The position numbers and the translations under genes are program-made. The notes beneath the pieces were generated by a model, which did no database searches, had not been told where the DNA came from, and was given only the letters and a program-made list of their open reading frames with translations. This document shows, piece after piece, positions 14,601 to 26,600 of a stretch of DNA of 64,000 nucleotides. Source of the stretch: Antedon mediterranea. Taxonomy: Eukaryota; Animalia; Echinodermata. The stretch lies in contig NC_092671.1 of NCBI RefSeq assembly GCF_964355755.1, positions 1,984,001-2,048,000 on the forward strand. Reading direction: 5' to 3'. The stretch's first letter is position 1. Every line of letters starts with the position of its first letter.

Positions 14601-17600
14601 GAATCTATAAATAGTAACATGAACATTAGCCATGTCAATAGAATCTATAAATAGTAACATGAACGTTAGAATCTATAAATAGTAACATGAACATTAGCCT
14701 TGTCAATAGAATCTATAAATAGTAACATGAACATTAGAATCTATAAATAGTAACATGAACATTAGCCATGTCAATAGAATCTATAAATAGTAACATGAAC
14801 ATTAGCCGTGTCAATAGAATCTATAAATAGTAACATGAACGTTAGAATCTATAAATAGTAACATGAACATTAGCCTTGTCAATAGAATCTATAAATAGTA
14901 ACATGAACATTAGCCTTGTCAATAGAATCTATAAATAGTAACATGAACGTTAGAATCTATAAATAGTAACATGAACATTAGCCTTGTCAATAGAATCTAT
15001 AAATAGTAACATGAACATTAGCCGTGTCAATAGAATCTATAAATAGTAACATGAACATTAGCCATGTCAATAGAATCTATAATAGTAACATGAACATTAG
15101 AATCTATAAATAGTAACATGAACATTAGCCTTGTCAATAGAATCTATAAATAGTAACATGAACATTAGCCATGTCAATAGAATCTATAATAGTAACATGA
15201 ACATTAGAATCTATAAATAGTAACATGAACATTAGCCTTGTCAATAGAATCTATAAATAGTAACATGAACATTAGCCATGTCAATAGAATCTATAATAGT
15301 AACATGAACATTAGAATCTATAAATAGTAACATGAACATTAGCCATGTCAATAGAATCTATAATAGTAACATGAACATTAGAATCTATAAATAGAAACAT
15401 GAACATTAGCCATGTCAATAGAATCTATAATAGTAACATGAACGTTAGAATCTATAAATAGTAACATGAACATTAGCCTTGTCAATAGAATCTATAAATA
15501 GTAACATGAACATTAGCCGTGTCAATAGAATCTATAAATAGTAACATGAACATTAGCCATGTCAATAGAATCTATAAATAGTAACATGAACATTAGAATC
15601 TATAAATAGTAACATGAACATTAGCCTTGTCAATAGAATCTATAAATAGTAACATGAACATTAGCCTTGTCAATAGAATCTATAAATAGTAACATGAACA
15701 TTAGCCATGTCAATAGAATCTATAAATAGTAACATGAACATTAGAATCTATAAATAGTAACATGAACATTAGCCATGTCAATAGAATCTATAAATAGTAA
15801 CATGAACATTAGCCTTGTCAATAGAATCTATAAATAGTAACATGAACATTAGCCATGTCAATAGAATCTATAAATAGTAACATGAACATTAGAATCTATA
15901 AATAGTAACATGAACATTAGCCTTGTCAATAGAATCTATAAATAGTAAACATGAACATTAGCCATGTCAATAGAATCTATAAATAGTAACATGAACGTTA
16001 GAATCTATAAATAGTAACATGAACATTAGCCTTGTCAATAGAATCTATAAATAGTAACATGAACATTAGCCATGTCAATAGAATCTATAAATAGTAACAT
16101 GAACATTAGCCGTGTCAATAGAATCTATAAATAGTAACATGAACATTAGCCTTGTCAATAGAATCTATAATAGTAACATGAACATTAGCCATGTCAATAG
16201 AATCTATAAATAGTAACATGAACATTAGCCATGTCAATAGAATCTATAATAGTAACATGAACGTTAGAATCTATAAATAGTAACATGAACATTAGCCTTG
16301 TCAATAGAATCTATAAATAGTAACATGAACATTAGCCATGTCAATAGAATCTATAAATAGTAACATGAACATTAGCCATGTCAATAGAATCTATAAATAG
16401 TAACATGAACATTAGCCATGTCAATAGAATCTATAAATAGTAACATGAACATTAGCCATGTCAATAGAATCTATAAATAGTAACATGAACATTAGCCATG
16501 TCAATAGAATCTATAAATAGTAACATGAACATTAGCCTTGTCAATAGAATCTATAAATAGTAACATGAACATTAGCCTTGTCAATAGAATCTATAAATAG
16601 TAACATGAACATTAGCCTTGTCAATAGAATCTATAAATAGTAACATGAACATTAGCCTTGTCAATAGAATCTATAAATAGTAAACATGAACATTAGAATC
16701 TATAAATAGTAACATGAACATTAGCCTTGTCAATAGAATCTATAAATAGTAACATGAACATTAGCCGTGTCAATAGAATCTATAAATAGTAACATGAACA
16801 TTAGCCATGTCAATAGAATCTATAAATAGTAACATGAACATTAGCCATGTCAATAGAATCTATAAATAGTAACATGAACATTAGAATGTATTTAGGCCTT
16901 TTATTACTTTCATTAGTTACAAATCAACCAATAATGTGTGATAAATTGAATTGAAACATTGAAAAATAGATTTTTGTTGAATATACCATTTTGATGTTAC
17001 ATAATACTGTACAGTAGTTATAGGATAATAATCATAATAGGATCATAATTTAATGAACAAAAGCACATCTCATTTTTTTGTCACATAAAAGTTGATAGTG
17101 TAGACAGAGCTTTATGCCTACCTTCTCCTAGTCGCCTGCGAAAGAGCATAGATTCATCTTCATCATCAGTGTCATCAAGCCACGATGTCCGTTCTGGGGG
17201 TGCAAATTCTTTCAGAGACGCTTCTATCGCTTGTCGCAGTAAAATATCATCCTATCAAGATTACAGAATTAGAAAATTAAATTTATTATCAATTATTAAT
17301 TATGTTCATAGTTCGTTTTATTTGTCCTTACGGAAATTCATGTGACATACAATTGCTCAAAGTTAAAAGGTTAAAACAACAAAATTCAACGACTTAACAA
17401 CGGTTATTAAAATGTCTAACTGAGTACGGAATAAAAGAATTGAGGAAGTGTTTTGTTCTACAACGTGTAGCCCTAAACGCCTTCCAGATCTCAACCATTA
17501 AAAATCACTATCATCTGTTATTCTGCACGCCTTATTTACTAAACATTGAACATTCTTTAGGTCTGATTTTATAAAACTACTGAACCATATTAGACAACCA

Positions 17601-20600
17601 TAAATTAAGACACTTTCCATTACCGACTTATAAAATAGACCTAATATTGTGTTGTCAACATTTAAACCAAGTTTAATTTTCTTAAAAAGTACAATCTAGA
17701 TTTACCCTTACAATGTTCACCCCAATTAAGCTTGTTGTCGATTACCATTCCAAGATATTCATATTTGGACACAATATCAACTGCATTGATTTTAACCTAA
17801 ACATAATCCGGTTGATTAGAACTATTTTAGAAGTAAAAAATCATTTCTTTAGTTTTACATTCGTTAATAACTAAACGATTATCTACACATCCATGTAATA
17901 AATGAATTCACTGAGTTTTTTATACAATGTCTCATCATTCTTATCAATTAAACCTAATAAGACTGTATCGTCGGCGTACCTAAAAAAATAATTGTTTTGA
18001 TGAGTAGATTTACAATCATTCGTATACAAAACATATAATAGCGGCGAGAGAACACAACCTTGTGGGGATCCGATATTAGTTATCTGTTTATCCGAAAGAG
18101 TCCCCGATACTGACACACTTTGTACTCTATTACTTAAAAAGCTACTAATCCATGTTATAAGATAAGGCTCAGTGTTCTCCCCAGGCCTTTGAAGCGTCAC
18201 GGTACCGTGACGCTTGGGTTCTCTACCGTGACGCTTTACGGTCGGCCGTGACGCTTAAAACCTTATCCGTGACGCTTAAAAATATCAACCACAACAATCT
18301 AAAAATAGATTAACAGGCAGGTACGGTACTTTCTCTAGAGCTGAGGCGCGGCATGCATAAAGAGCCTAATGCATACGAGACACGTGACATGACCACTAGA
18401 CGAAAAACAAAAGACTGCGTAACAAAGTGTTAAACAACTGAGACTCGCTTTCACCGGCCGCCGCCGAGAGATGTAAACACGTGTTTTGTTACTGCCATGT
18501 CTCTCTTTCGATCTCTAGTATTTGGCTGTTGTCTAAAATGTAGTAACTTGTATATTGTAAATAAAGTAAATGATTGATTGTATTGTTTTTCTTCTAAAAA
18601 TGTTATGTGTATTAAAAATAAATATCGATGATATTATTATTTTCAATATCACACTGAATTAATCGACTCTATCGGTGGGATTTACTCTTTCGTCGGTAAC
18701 ATACGCACGTCATCAAATGATTTCTAGGCGCAATTCAATGCTAGCTGCTTTGATCGTATAATACATTCAAGAAGGCTACGATCGTTTTCCTATTTGCTAG
18801 TGCGCTAAAGTCTTATTTCACTTGCTTAAGGTACATTTAATGTACCTTAAGTTAAGTGTATTTGTACATCGGTGCTAGAATGTTTTAGGCCCTACTTCGT
18901 GAGAAAGTCGAGTGACAAGGGATGTCACATGGTATTGTGATATCAGTACTGCGATACTGTATGTCACATGGTGCTTTCACCGGCGGCCGCCGCCGAGAGA
19001 TGTAAGCACGTGTTTTGTTACTGCCATGTCTCTCTTTCGAATTGTTTTCCTATTTCCTAGTGCGCTATGAAGTCTTATTTCCGGGCAACTAGAGGTGTCT
19101 TACTAATGAGTAGGCCTAGTTTTATTTCATCGGGACTTGCCCCTGATGTTTGTATTTGAACGCAAAAAATGTTTTTTATCGCATATGTTTACCCGCCGGC
19201 GGAAAAAAAAAGTAGGCTACGATCGTTTTAATGTTTGCTAACGCGCTATGAGGTGTCGTTTCCGGCTAACTACAGTTGACTACTGATGAGAAGGCATATT
19301 TTTTTTTTCATATATCGCGTACAGTATGTTTACCTGCGGAAAAGTAGGCTCAATCGGGCTGTTTGCTAGCGCGCTATGAAGTGTCCTTTCCGGCCAACTA
19401 CAGAGTTGTCCTACTGATGAGTAGCATTTTTTTATTTCATCGGGGAATTCCCCTTGACGTTCGTAATGAACGCAAAAAATGTTTCTTATCGCGTATGTTT
19501 ACCGGCGGAAAAAGCAGGCTACGATCGTGCGGTTTGCTAGCGCGCTATGAAGTGTCTTTCCGGCCAACTACAGAGTTGTCCTACTCATGAGTAGGCCTAG
19601 TTTTATTTCATCGGGGAATTCCCCTTGACGTTCGTATTGAATGCAAAAACATTTTTTTATCGCGTATGTTTACTGGCGGAAAAAGTATGCTACGATGGTT
19701 TTACTGTTTGCTAGTGCGCTATAAAGTTTCGTTTCCGGCCAACTAGAGTTGTCCTACTGATGAGTAGGCTAATAGATTAGGCCTATTTTTTTCATTGGGG
19801 CTTCCCCCTGACGTTCGTAATTAACGCAAAAAAATGTTTCTTCGCGTATGTTTACCGGCGGAAAAAGTTGGCTACGATCGTTTTGTTGTTTGCTAGCGCG
19901 CTATAAGTGTTATTTCCGGCCAAACCAGAGGCGTCATTCAACATAAATGTTATGTGCGAGAGTACCATTTCCGGCCATCTAGGGTGTAAATTACCAAAAA
20001 TCGCTTCGCCACAGCCCCAACCATGGTGGGGCTGTGACTCAAGTACTTAGTGTCCCAATTCCCCCCCCCCCCCCACCCCCAGGGGGGGGGGGGGGGGGGC
20101 CAAGCGTGACGCTTGATGTGAATCCTGGGGAGAACACTGAGGCTTTACGTTCATATCACTAAGTTTTCTAATTAGAATGCTAGGTTGCAATGTATTAAAT
20201 GCAGAGGAAAAATCTACAAAAGTTGCTCTAACATAACAATTCAAATTATTAACATGACTCTGTATAAAATGGAAAAGTGTAAGAACAGCATCATCCACAC
20301 AAATTGCAAAGAGAAGCGGAGATAAAGGGGCAATAGTAATAATAATGTTTACTAATAATCTTTTCAAAGCACTTCATAACAATAGGGGTAAGTGCTACCG
20401 GACAAAAGTCATTCAATTGATTGATTGATTTTATTCGATATTCATACATAAAAGTTAAAATATACAATGTAAAAAGAATACCTGGATACCCCATTAAGTC
20501 GACAAAAAAATAAACTTATTTCCAATGGGGTCCAATCTGTAATGACTGAAAAGTGAGTGGTTGGGCCTAGTACAATTATCATTAAGTATGACTCAGTAAA

Positions 20601-23600
20601 AATGAAAAAAAAACAAAAAATACATACAAGACAAGATAACATCAAAAAAACAATTAAAAATAACTTAATTAAACTGAAATTCCAAGCTGTTCATTATTAA
20701 AATATTCTTTAAGTTTTATTTTGAAGGTTGCATTATTTTGTATTGATTTGAGTGAATTGGGGAGCCTGTTCCAGTCACGGATACCTAAGAAATAAAAAGT
20801 CGTATCATTAATGCCAGTAGCCTTAGGAGTGACAAAATTAAATGTTGTACCCCTGGTGAAATGGTTATGATGATCAGAAATTAACAAAAAGTTATCCTTA
20901 AGGAAAGAAGGCGTATTAAAGTTATAACAAATTTTGTGAACATAATTTAATCTTAAAAACTTATTTCTGAGGCTGACATTAAGAAACCCAAGACCGGAAA
21001 GCTCTTTGGCACCTATGTGAGACCTCGGACCAACATTTAAAATGAAACGTGCCATCTTGTTTTGGGCAGTTTGTAATTTATGTTTAAGATTCTTATTGAC
21101 ACCACCGCCGTACCATGCCGAGGCAGAATAGTCAAATGTACATTGTATTAAAGCAGTGCTTAATAGTTTACGACATTTTTTATTCAAGCATGAACTTTCC
21201 CTATGTAAAAACTTCAACCTTGACTTAACTTTACTGATAACACTAGTTGCAATAATATCACATGATACATATTGGTCTAAATCAATACCCAAATATTTAA
21301 CTTGCTTAGTACTTTTGATTCTACGGCCCATTAATTCTACAGAAAACTCTTTAACTTTGTTAAGCTTCGCTCTGCTACCAAAGATAATACTTTCGGTTTT
21401 GCCAACATGTAAAGATAATTTGTTTTTAGTTAACCAGTCCTGGCACTTAGCTAGAACAGTACTTAATTTATGAGCGATTTTGGTGGCTCTTGGGCTCTTT
21501 TAGGGACAAGGATAATTGTTCACGATTTCCAGCAGATAGGCACATGATGTAGATCCAGGGATTCTTGAAACAATAGGTTAAAGGGGACCGCTAATTGTTT
21601 AGCACACATACCAAGTACCCGGGCGCTAGCGTTATCAGGTCCGCCTGCTTTTCTTTTGTTCACTTTCCAAAATTGTTGGTAAACAGCCTGTATATCTATA
21701 TTAAAGACCCCTTCCCTGCAATTTTGGACGTTTTTTGGAAAATAATACATATATATCACTTTAAAAACATTAAACCATGTCATTCCTTGTCTTAAATGTA
21801 CGTTTTATGGTAAATTATGATAAAAAGTGAGAAACAATGCACTACCTAAGTAGCTCGCGGCGATCGACCTCTCGTGGACGGTCTTAGGCCTAGCCTAGCT
21901 AGGCTTAGTTTTGTAGGCCTAGCTGGTAAACATCGGTAACGTACGAACATCGTACGCTACTTATATACCTAGCCTGACGTTGTATAGTTGCTGCATTAAT
22001 TGTCTTTCTATTTTTGCCAGACTCCGTTGATACAAATTGGGGAAAACCCGGTATTTTCGCTGAAAAGTTAGGAGTCTTCCATTTGTTTTGGCCTCACGAT
22101 CGATCGAAAAGTGGGCGAATTACAGGTGAAAAACAAAAATATCCATCCGCGCGCAATGCATTTTGGGATTTATAGCGGGCCGCTATAATTATTAGAATCG
22201 ACTTATTTTTCACATTTTTAACCGTTTAAAGACGAAAAAAGTTATCGCAATAGGACCATATAGTATTATTTTTACATTAAATATAGTTTGTGATCTTAAA
22301 TTAGATCTAAAAAACGTAGGGAATGGGGCTTTAAACAATGCGGTCTTCTATATTACAATCAATTAACTCATTAAAGGACTGATTATCATTCCCAAATCGT
22401 GAATAAAACTTATTTAAATCATTGGCAAATTCATTAGGATGTTCACAAAAACCGAAATTATTATTACTAGAGGGTGAGCTCGCTTCGCTCGCTCCCCCTC
22501 TAGGAAGTGTAGACGATGGTTCTCGGAATGATAATGTTCTCCTTATACATTTTCTGTCGGTTACCATTATTGAAAATGCTTGACATTCGTAAAACTAAAC
22601 TACTTTGTTTCACAGTGTTTTAGATGATTAATAACATTTTAAAGTATAGTTTTTATTGTTTGGTAGGGCCCTTTGGGGAGGCGGAGGTCATTTGAGGGAG
22701 GTGCTTATTCGAGGGATATATGTTCAATTTTTTAGTTCTAATAATATGGTAACATTTATAATCAAATGAAATCCTCTCATAGATATGAAAAGTGTGTTTT
22801 AGATGATTAATAACATTTTAAAGTATAGTTTTTATTGTTTGGTAGGGCCCTTTGGGGAGGCGGAGGTCATTTGAGGGAGGTGCTTATTCTAGGGATATAT
22901 GTTAAATTTTTTAGTTCTAATAATATGGTAACATTTATAATCAAATGAAATCCTCTCATAGATATGAAAAGTGGTAAAAAAGAATAACAAATGCTTGGTA
23001 AATTGCAGATAACAGTGCGGTGAATTCTACTACAAATAGTATAATTGTGTTATTATAAATATGTGGATGGACGTTTATTAGATAGTTGGGTTGTGGGGGG
23101 GGGGGGGGGGGGTTATTATTCAAAGTGATGTTTTATTGGCGTTTATTCAAATGAATACCATCCTAATAATTATTAATACATTATTTAATTTAATCATCTT
23201 TTGAAACTAACTGCCGTGACAGAGTGGGCCCAAGAAAGAAGACATTACGGCTTGCAACATGGGCAGACATCTCGGTCCTAACGGGACACAGGAAGATAGC
23301 CTACAGTTATTCCTGCAAGCTTACTCAATAAAACTCAGCTATCGGGATTTCACTCGAAAAATGTCTTATCAAATCTCCCTATGTAATTTTATAATACTAT
23401 TCCCCACAATATATTCTGATTCTTTATGGCGTATATTTAATTTGATCTTTATTAATTTGCAGTATAATTCCTATTATTTAACTACTGTACCTTCACACAC
23501 GTGTGGTATGTTTTAAAATAAACAAAAAACTGAAATGGCTATGATTAATGGCCAATTTTTTTTTCGTCTTCCAAAGGGACACTGTATATTGATTGATGCA

Positions 23601-26600
23601 AAGTGCCTGTTTCCAGTCACCTTTAGGGTCAAATCTATTATTTTAACTGCTCCCTTGTGTATAAAAGAGAGAAAATATTTGAAACTAAGGTGAACTTATC
23701 TTAAACCCGGAAATTACTTTGACCGGGAAGAATTGAAATTGAGAGGAAAATCCAATGTTGAAATCATAAATGTTGTTAAAAAACTCTTTATAATATCTTC
23801 CTAAGATATAAATATGGAACAATAGCGTCGGCGTGCACACTAATGTTATCAAATCTACGTTTCGCGGTACATCTCGGATAGATAAGGTAGGTATCCAAGG
23901 CGGAGATTTGTAGAGAAGTTTTTGCATTGTGCTCGCCTATGTCAGAATTAACCATAATTTATATATAGATTACTAGTTTTTCTTAAATGCTATTGGATAA
24001 ATTCTTTGTTTAGTTCAAAACCTCTGTCTACACTATCAAACTTTATGTGACAAAAACTTGTGATGTGCCCATATATGGATGTGATGATGTCATATCACTA
24101 CCATATTTTGGCATATCACTACCATATTTGGGCATATCACACTTCTTTTGTCCAACTAATTTGATAGTATAGACAGAGCTTTTAGTATCTGTTATTAAAT
24201 GAACTCCATTTTAAAATGTAGGTTATTTCAAATTAGTGTTTCTGTTTAATCTGTTTTTGTATTAAGCTTATGCCTACGCATTGTATATAATTTACGAATA
24301 CGACAAAATAATCATTATCAAAGCCTGTAGTAAAATTCAAGGTTGAATTGGCTGAAATATATTAATTGAAAACAAGGTAAACAATGAAGATGATGATTAC
24401 TTCATTAAGCTCGATTTCAATTAAGTCATAAAGGTGACAGCAACAGTAACTAATAATTATATGGAGTATCAGTAAATAAAGAGTAATATTATAGCGGTTA
24501 AGACAGTGAAACCATACTTTATAGCCATAATATTGGCAAGGGTTCGAGGCTCACTCGCGCCATGGTTCTGGTGGTAGAATAAGCATTCTCGGATAAGGAC
24601 TACAGTATTGTCCAGTGTACACAAAATGGTTGTTTGCACTTTAAAGAACCTAGAACATCTTTTGAGATGAGTAGGGAGTTGCCACGTGTACTAGCTCACA
24701 CATTTACTGTCGTGGACACATGATAGAACGCTAAAATTAGCAGCATTGACAGGGGAGAAGCGTGCAGCAGCTAAGTCAGTACGTTGAAAAACCACACAAG
24801 TATGTTTATTCCTACAGCCTTAATAGCTACCAAGAGGCGTTCAGTTTTCACCACACGCCTCCACCATATCTCGTTAAATCTATTAATATTTTATATTAAT
24901 AATTCTAGCTATGGCATAATTAACAAATGGCATGACTTAACTTTGTATAAAAATCTTTAAAACAACTTTGTGTTTATCAATTATTAATGGTCAGTAATAA
25001 AAATCCTGGTCATTTAGATAACACTGTTGATTCTACTTTTTATGAAACATTTTGAAATATTATACCTCAACCCAGACTGGAATAATGCTATCTTTTGAAA
25101 AGTAGTTTTTAAGTAAGCAGGTCATAGGTCATTACATTGTACTTATACTGTTATGACTCCAACCTTAATGGACCACCTGTCTATTCAAAGGTATGTACTA
25201 ATGTTATGTGGGCTGTAATTGATTTGTCATTAATGTATATTATTATTATTATTATTATTATTACGACACCAATTAATTTGTCATTAATGTATATTATTAT
25301 GGGGTCACTAATTGGTTTGTCATAAAGGTATATTATTATTATTGGGGGGACTAATTAATTTGACATTAATGTATATATTATGGGGTCACTAATTGGTTTG
25401 TCATTAAAGTATATCATTATTATTGGGGGGACTAATTAATTTGACAGTAATGTATATATTATGGGGTCACTAATTAGTTTGTCATTAAGGTATATTACTA
25501 TTATGATGAGGGCTCTAATGGATTTTGCCATAATGTTTTTTTCTTTCTTCTGCTTTTTTTTGGCAAATTCTTAAAGTTGTCATGACTAAACAAAATGGTA
25601 ACAATCAACACAAATAGAATATCATGTAGATTCACAGGAAAGTGTCCCCTAAATAGCGAGGTATATGTGATTAAAACACAACTTTTACAAAATGGCTTGC
25701 AGATAATATGACTATTAATCATGCTTGCCTTCCAAACCCAGGGTTCAGGGTTCAATCCTGACCTAGTGCCAGTGACAGGGTTGTAACTGACTCTTTCAAC
25801 TCCACTCCCTAAGCCAAAATATAAGCTCTATCATGTGTCCACAACAGTAAATGTGTGAGCTAGTACACCAGGGTAACTCCTACTAGGTTCTTTAAAGCGC
25901 ACACAAGCAGTTTGTGTACACTGGAAAATTTCTGACTTAGTTGATACGCACAATATATAATAAACTAGTGTAATTGGTGAGTTGCTCACATTTGGATGCG
26001 TATTAAAAAAAAGCTTACTGGATGGATATTATTACTGGCATTAAAAAAATATAATGTTAAAATTTAACTGGAGAGATCGACACATCTGACATTTGAATTG
26101 GAGACAAGATTATGTAACACAAACAACAATTAGTGTGTACATTAAAAGACCTAATTAGTCAGACAATGAAAATGAGAAATCCATTAGGCAAAAATAAATG
26201 GAGTTGTCTCCTATGGCTGTTAAAGTGACTACAAGTCTAATTGACTGTGGCAAAAACAACCTGTAACTTATAATGGCAGCTCTATCATCAGTAGAAGGTT
26301 ACAGTAATTAATTATTAGAGAATAAAGAGCTCAATTAGTTGATTGAGTTTGTGTTGACGTACTAACAATAGAAATGATGACATCATCATGAATTCAGTTA
26401 GCGACCAATGGTGACCATTCACAAATTGCTATTATGTTTCTATACACTCCAAAGTTATTTTATAATTACATCAAGTCAAGTCCAATTATTAAAACCTTTT
26501 TAGCTTCCTTAACACATTGACTGCCAAGGCATTTTCCGTAATTTCTGTCCCAGTGCCAAGTCCCGTTTGAGATGATTATATTGAGTGTGAGGGCGCCATA

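Larger units (their letters stand above)
17330..22460 (-). mobile_element. Decayed Rex/Babar-like LINE, interrupted by three younger insertions
   Basis: Collinear RT pieces: [11 protein letters not shown] (~22400), KAGGPD...CAKQL...VPICWKS (~21520-21690), [19 protein letters not shown] (~20360-20415), [26 protein letters not shown] and YADD (~17965-18070). Boundaries are approximate. Confidence 0.85.

Noticed and set aside
14093-16887. Possible CRISPR array (also 30456-32031 and 33928-34666)
   Set aside because: Units are contiguous with no unique spacers; eukaryotic intron context; no cas genes.
19405-19770. CTGATGAG motifs suggesting hammerhead ribozymes
   Set aside because: They are part of a CCTACT(G/C)ATGAGTAGG palindrome, with no stem II or GAAA downstream. 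The CTGAAGA on the minus strand near 38660 also lacks a GAAA and looks like a LINE/SINE 3' stem-loop.
22466-22505. Hairpin CTAGAGGG...GCGAGCGAAGCGAGC...CCCTCTAGT resembling a second Helentron-type 3' end (minus strand)
   Set aside because: Could not identify a matching 5' end, so no element was called.
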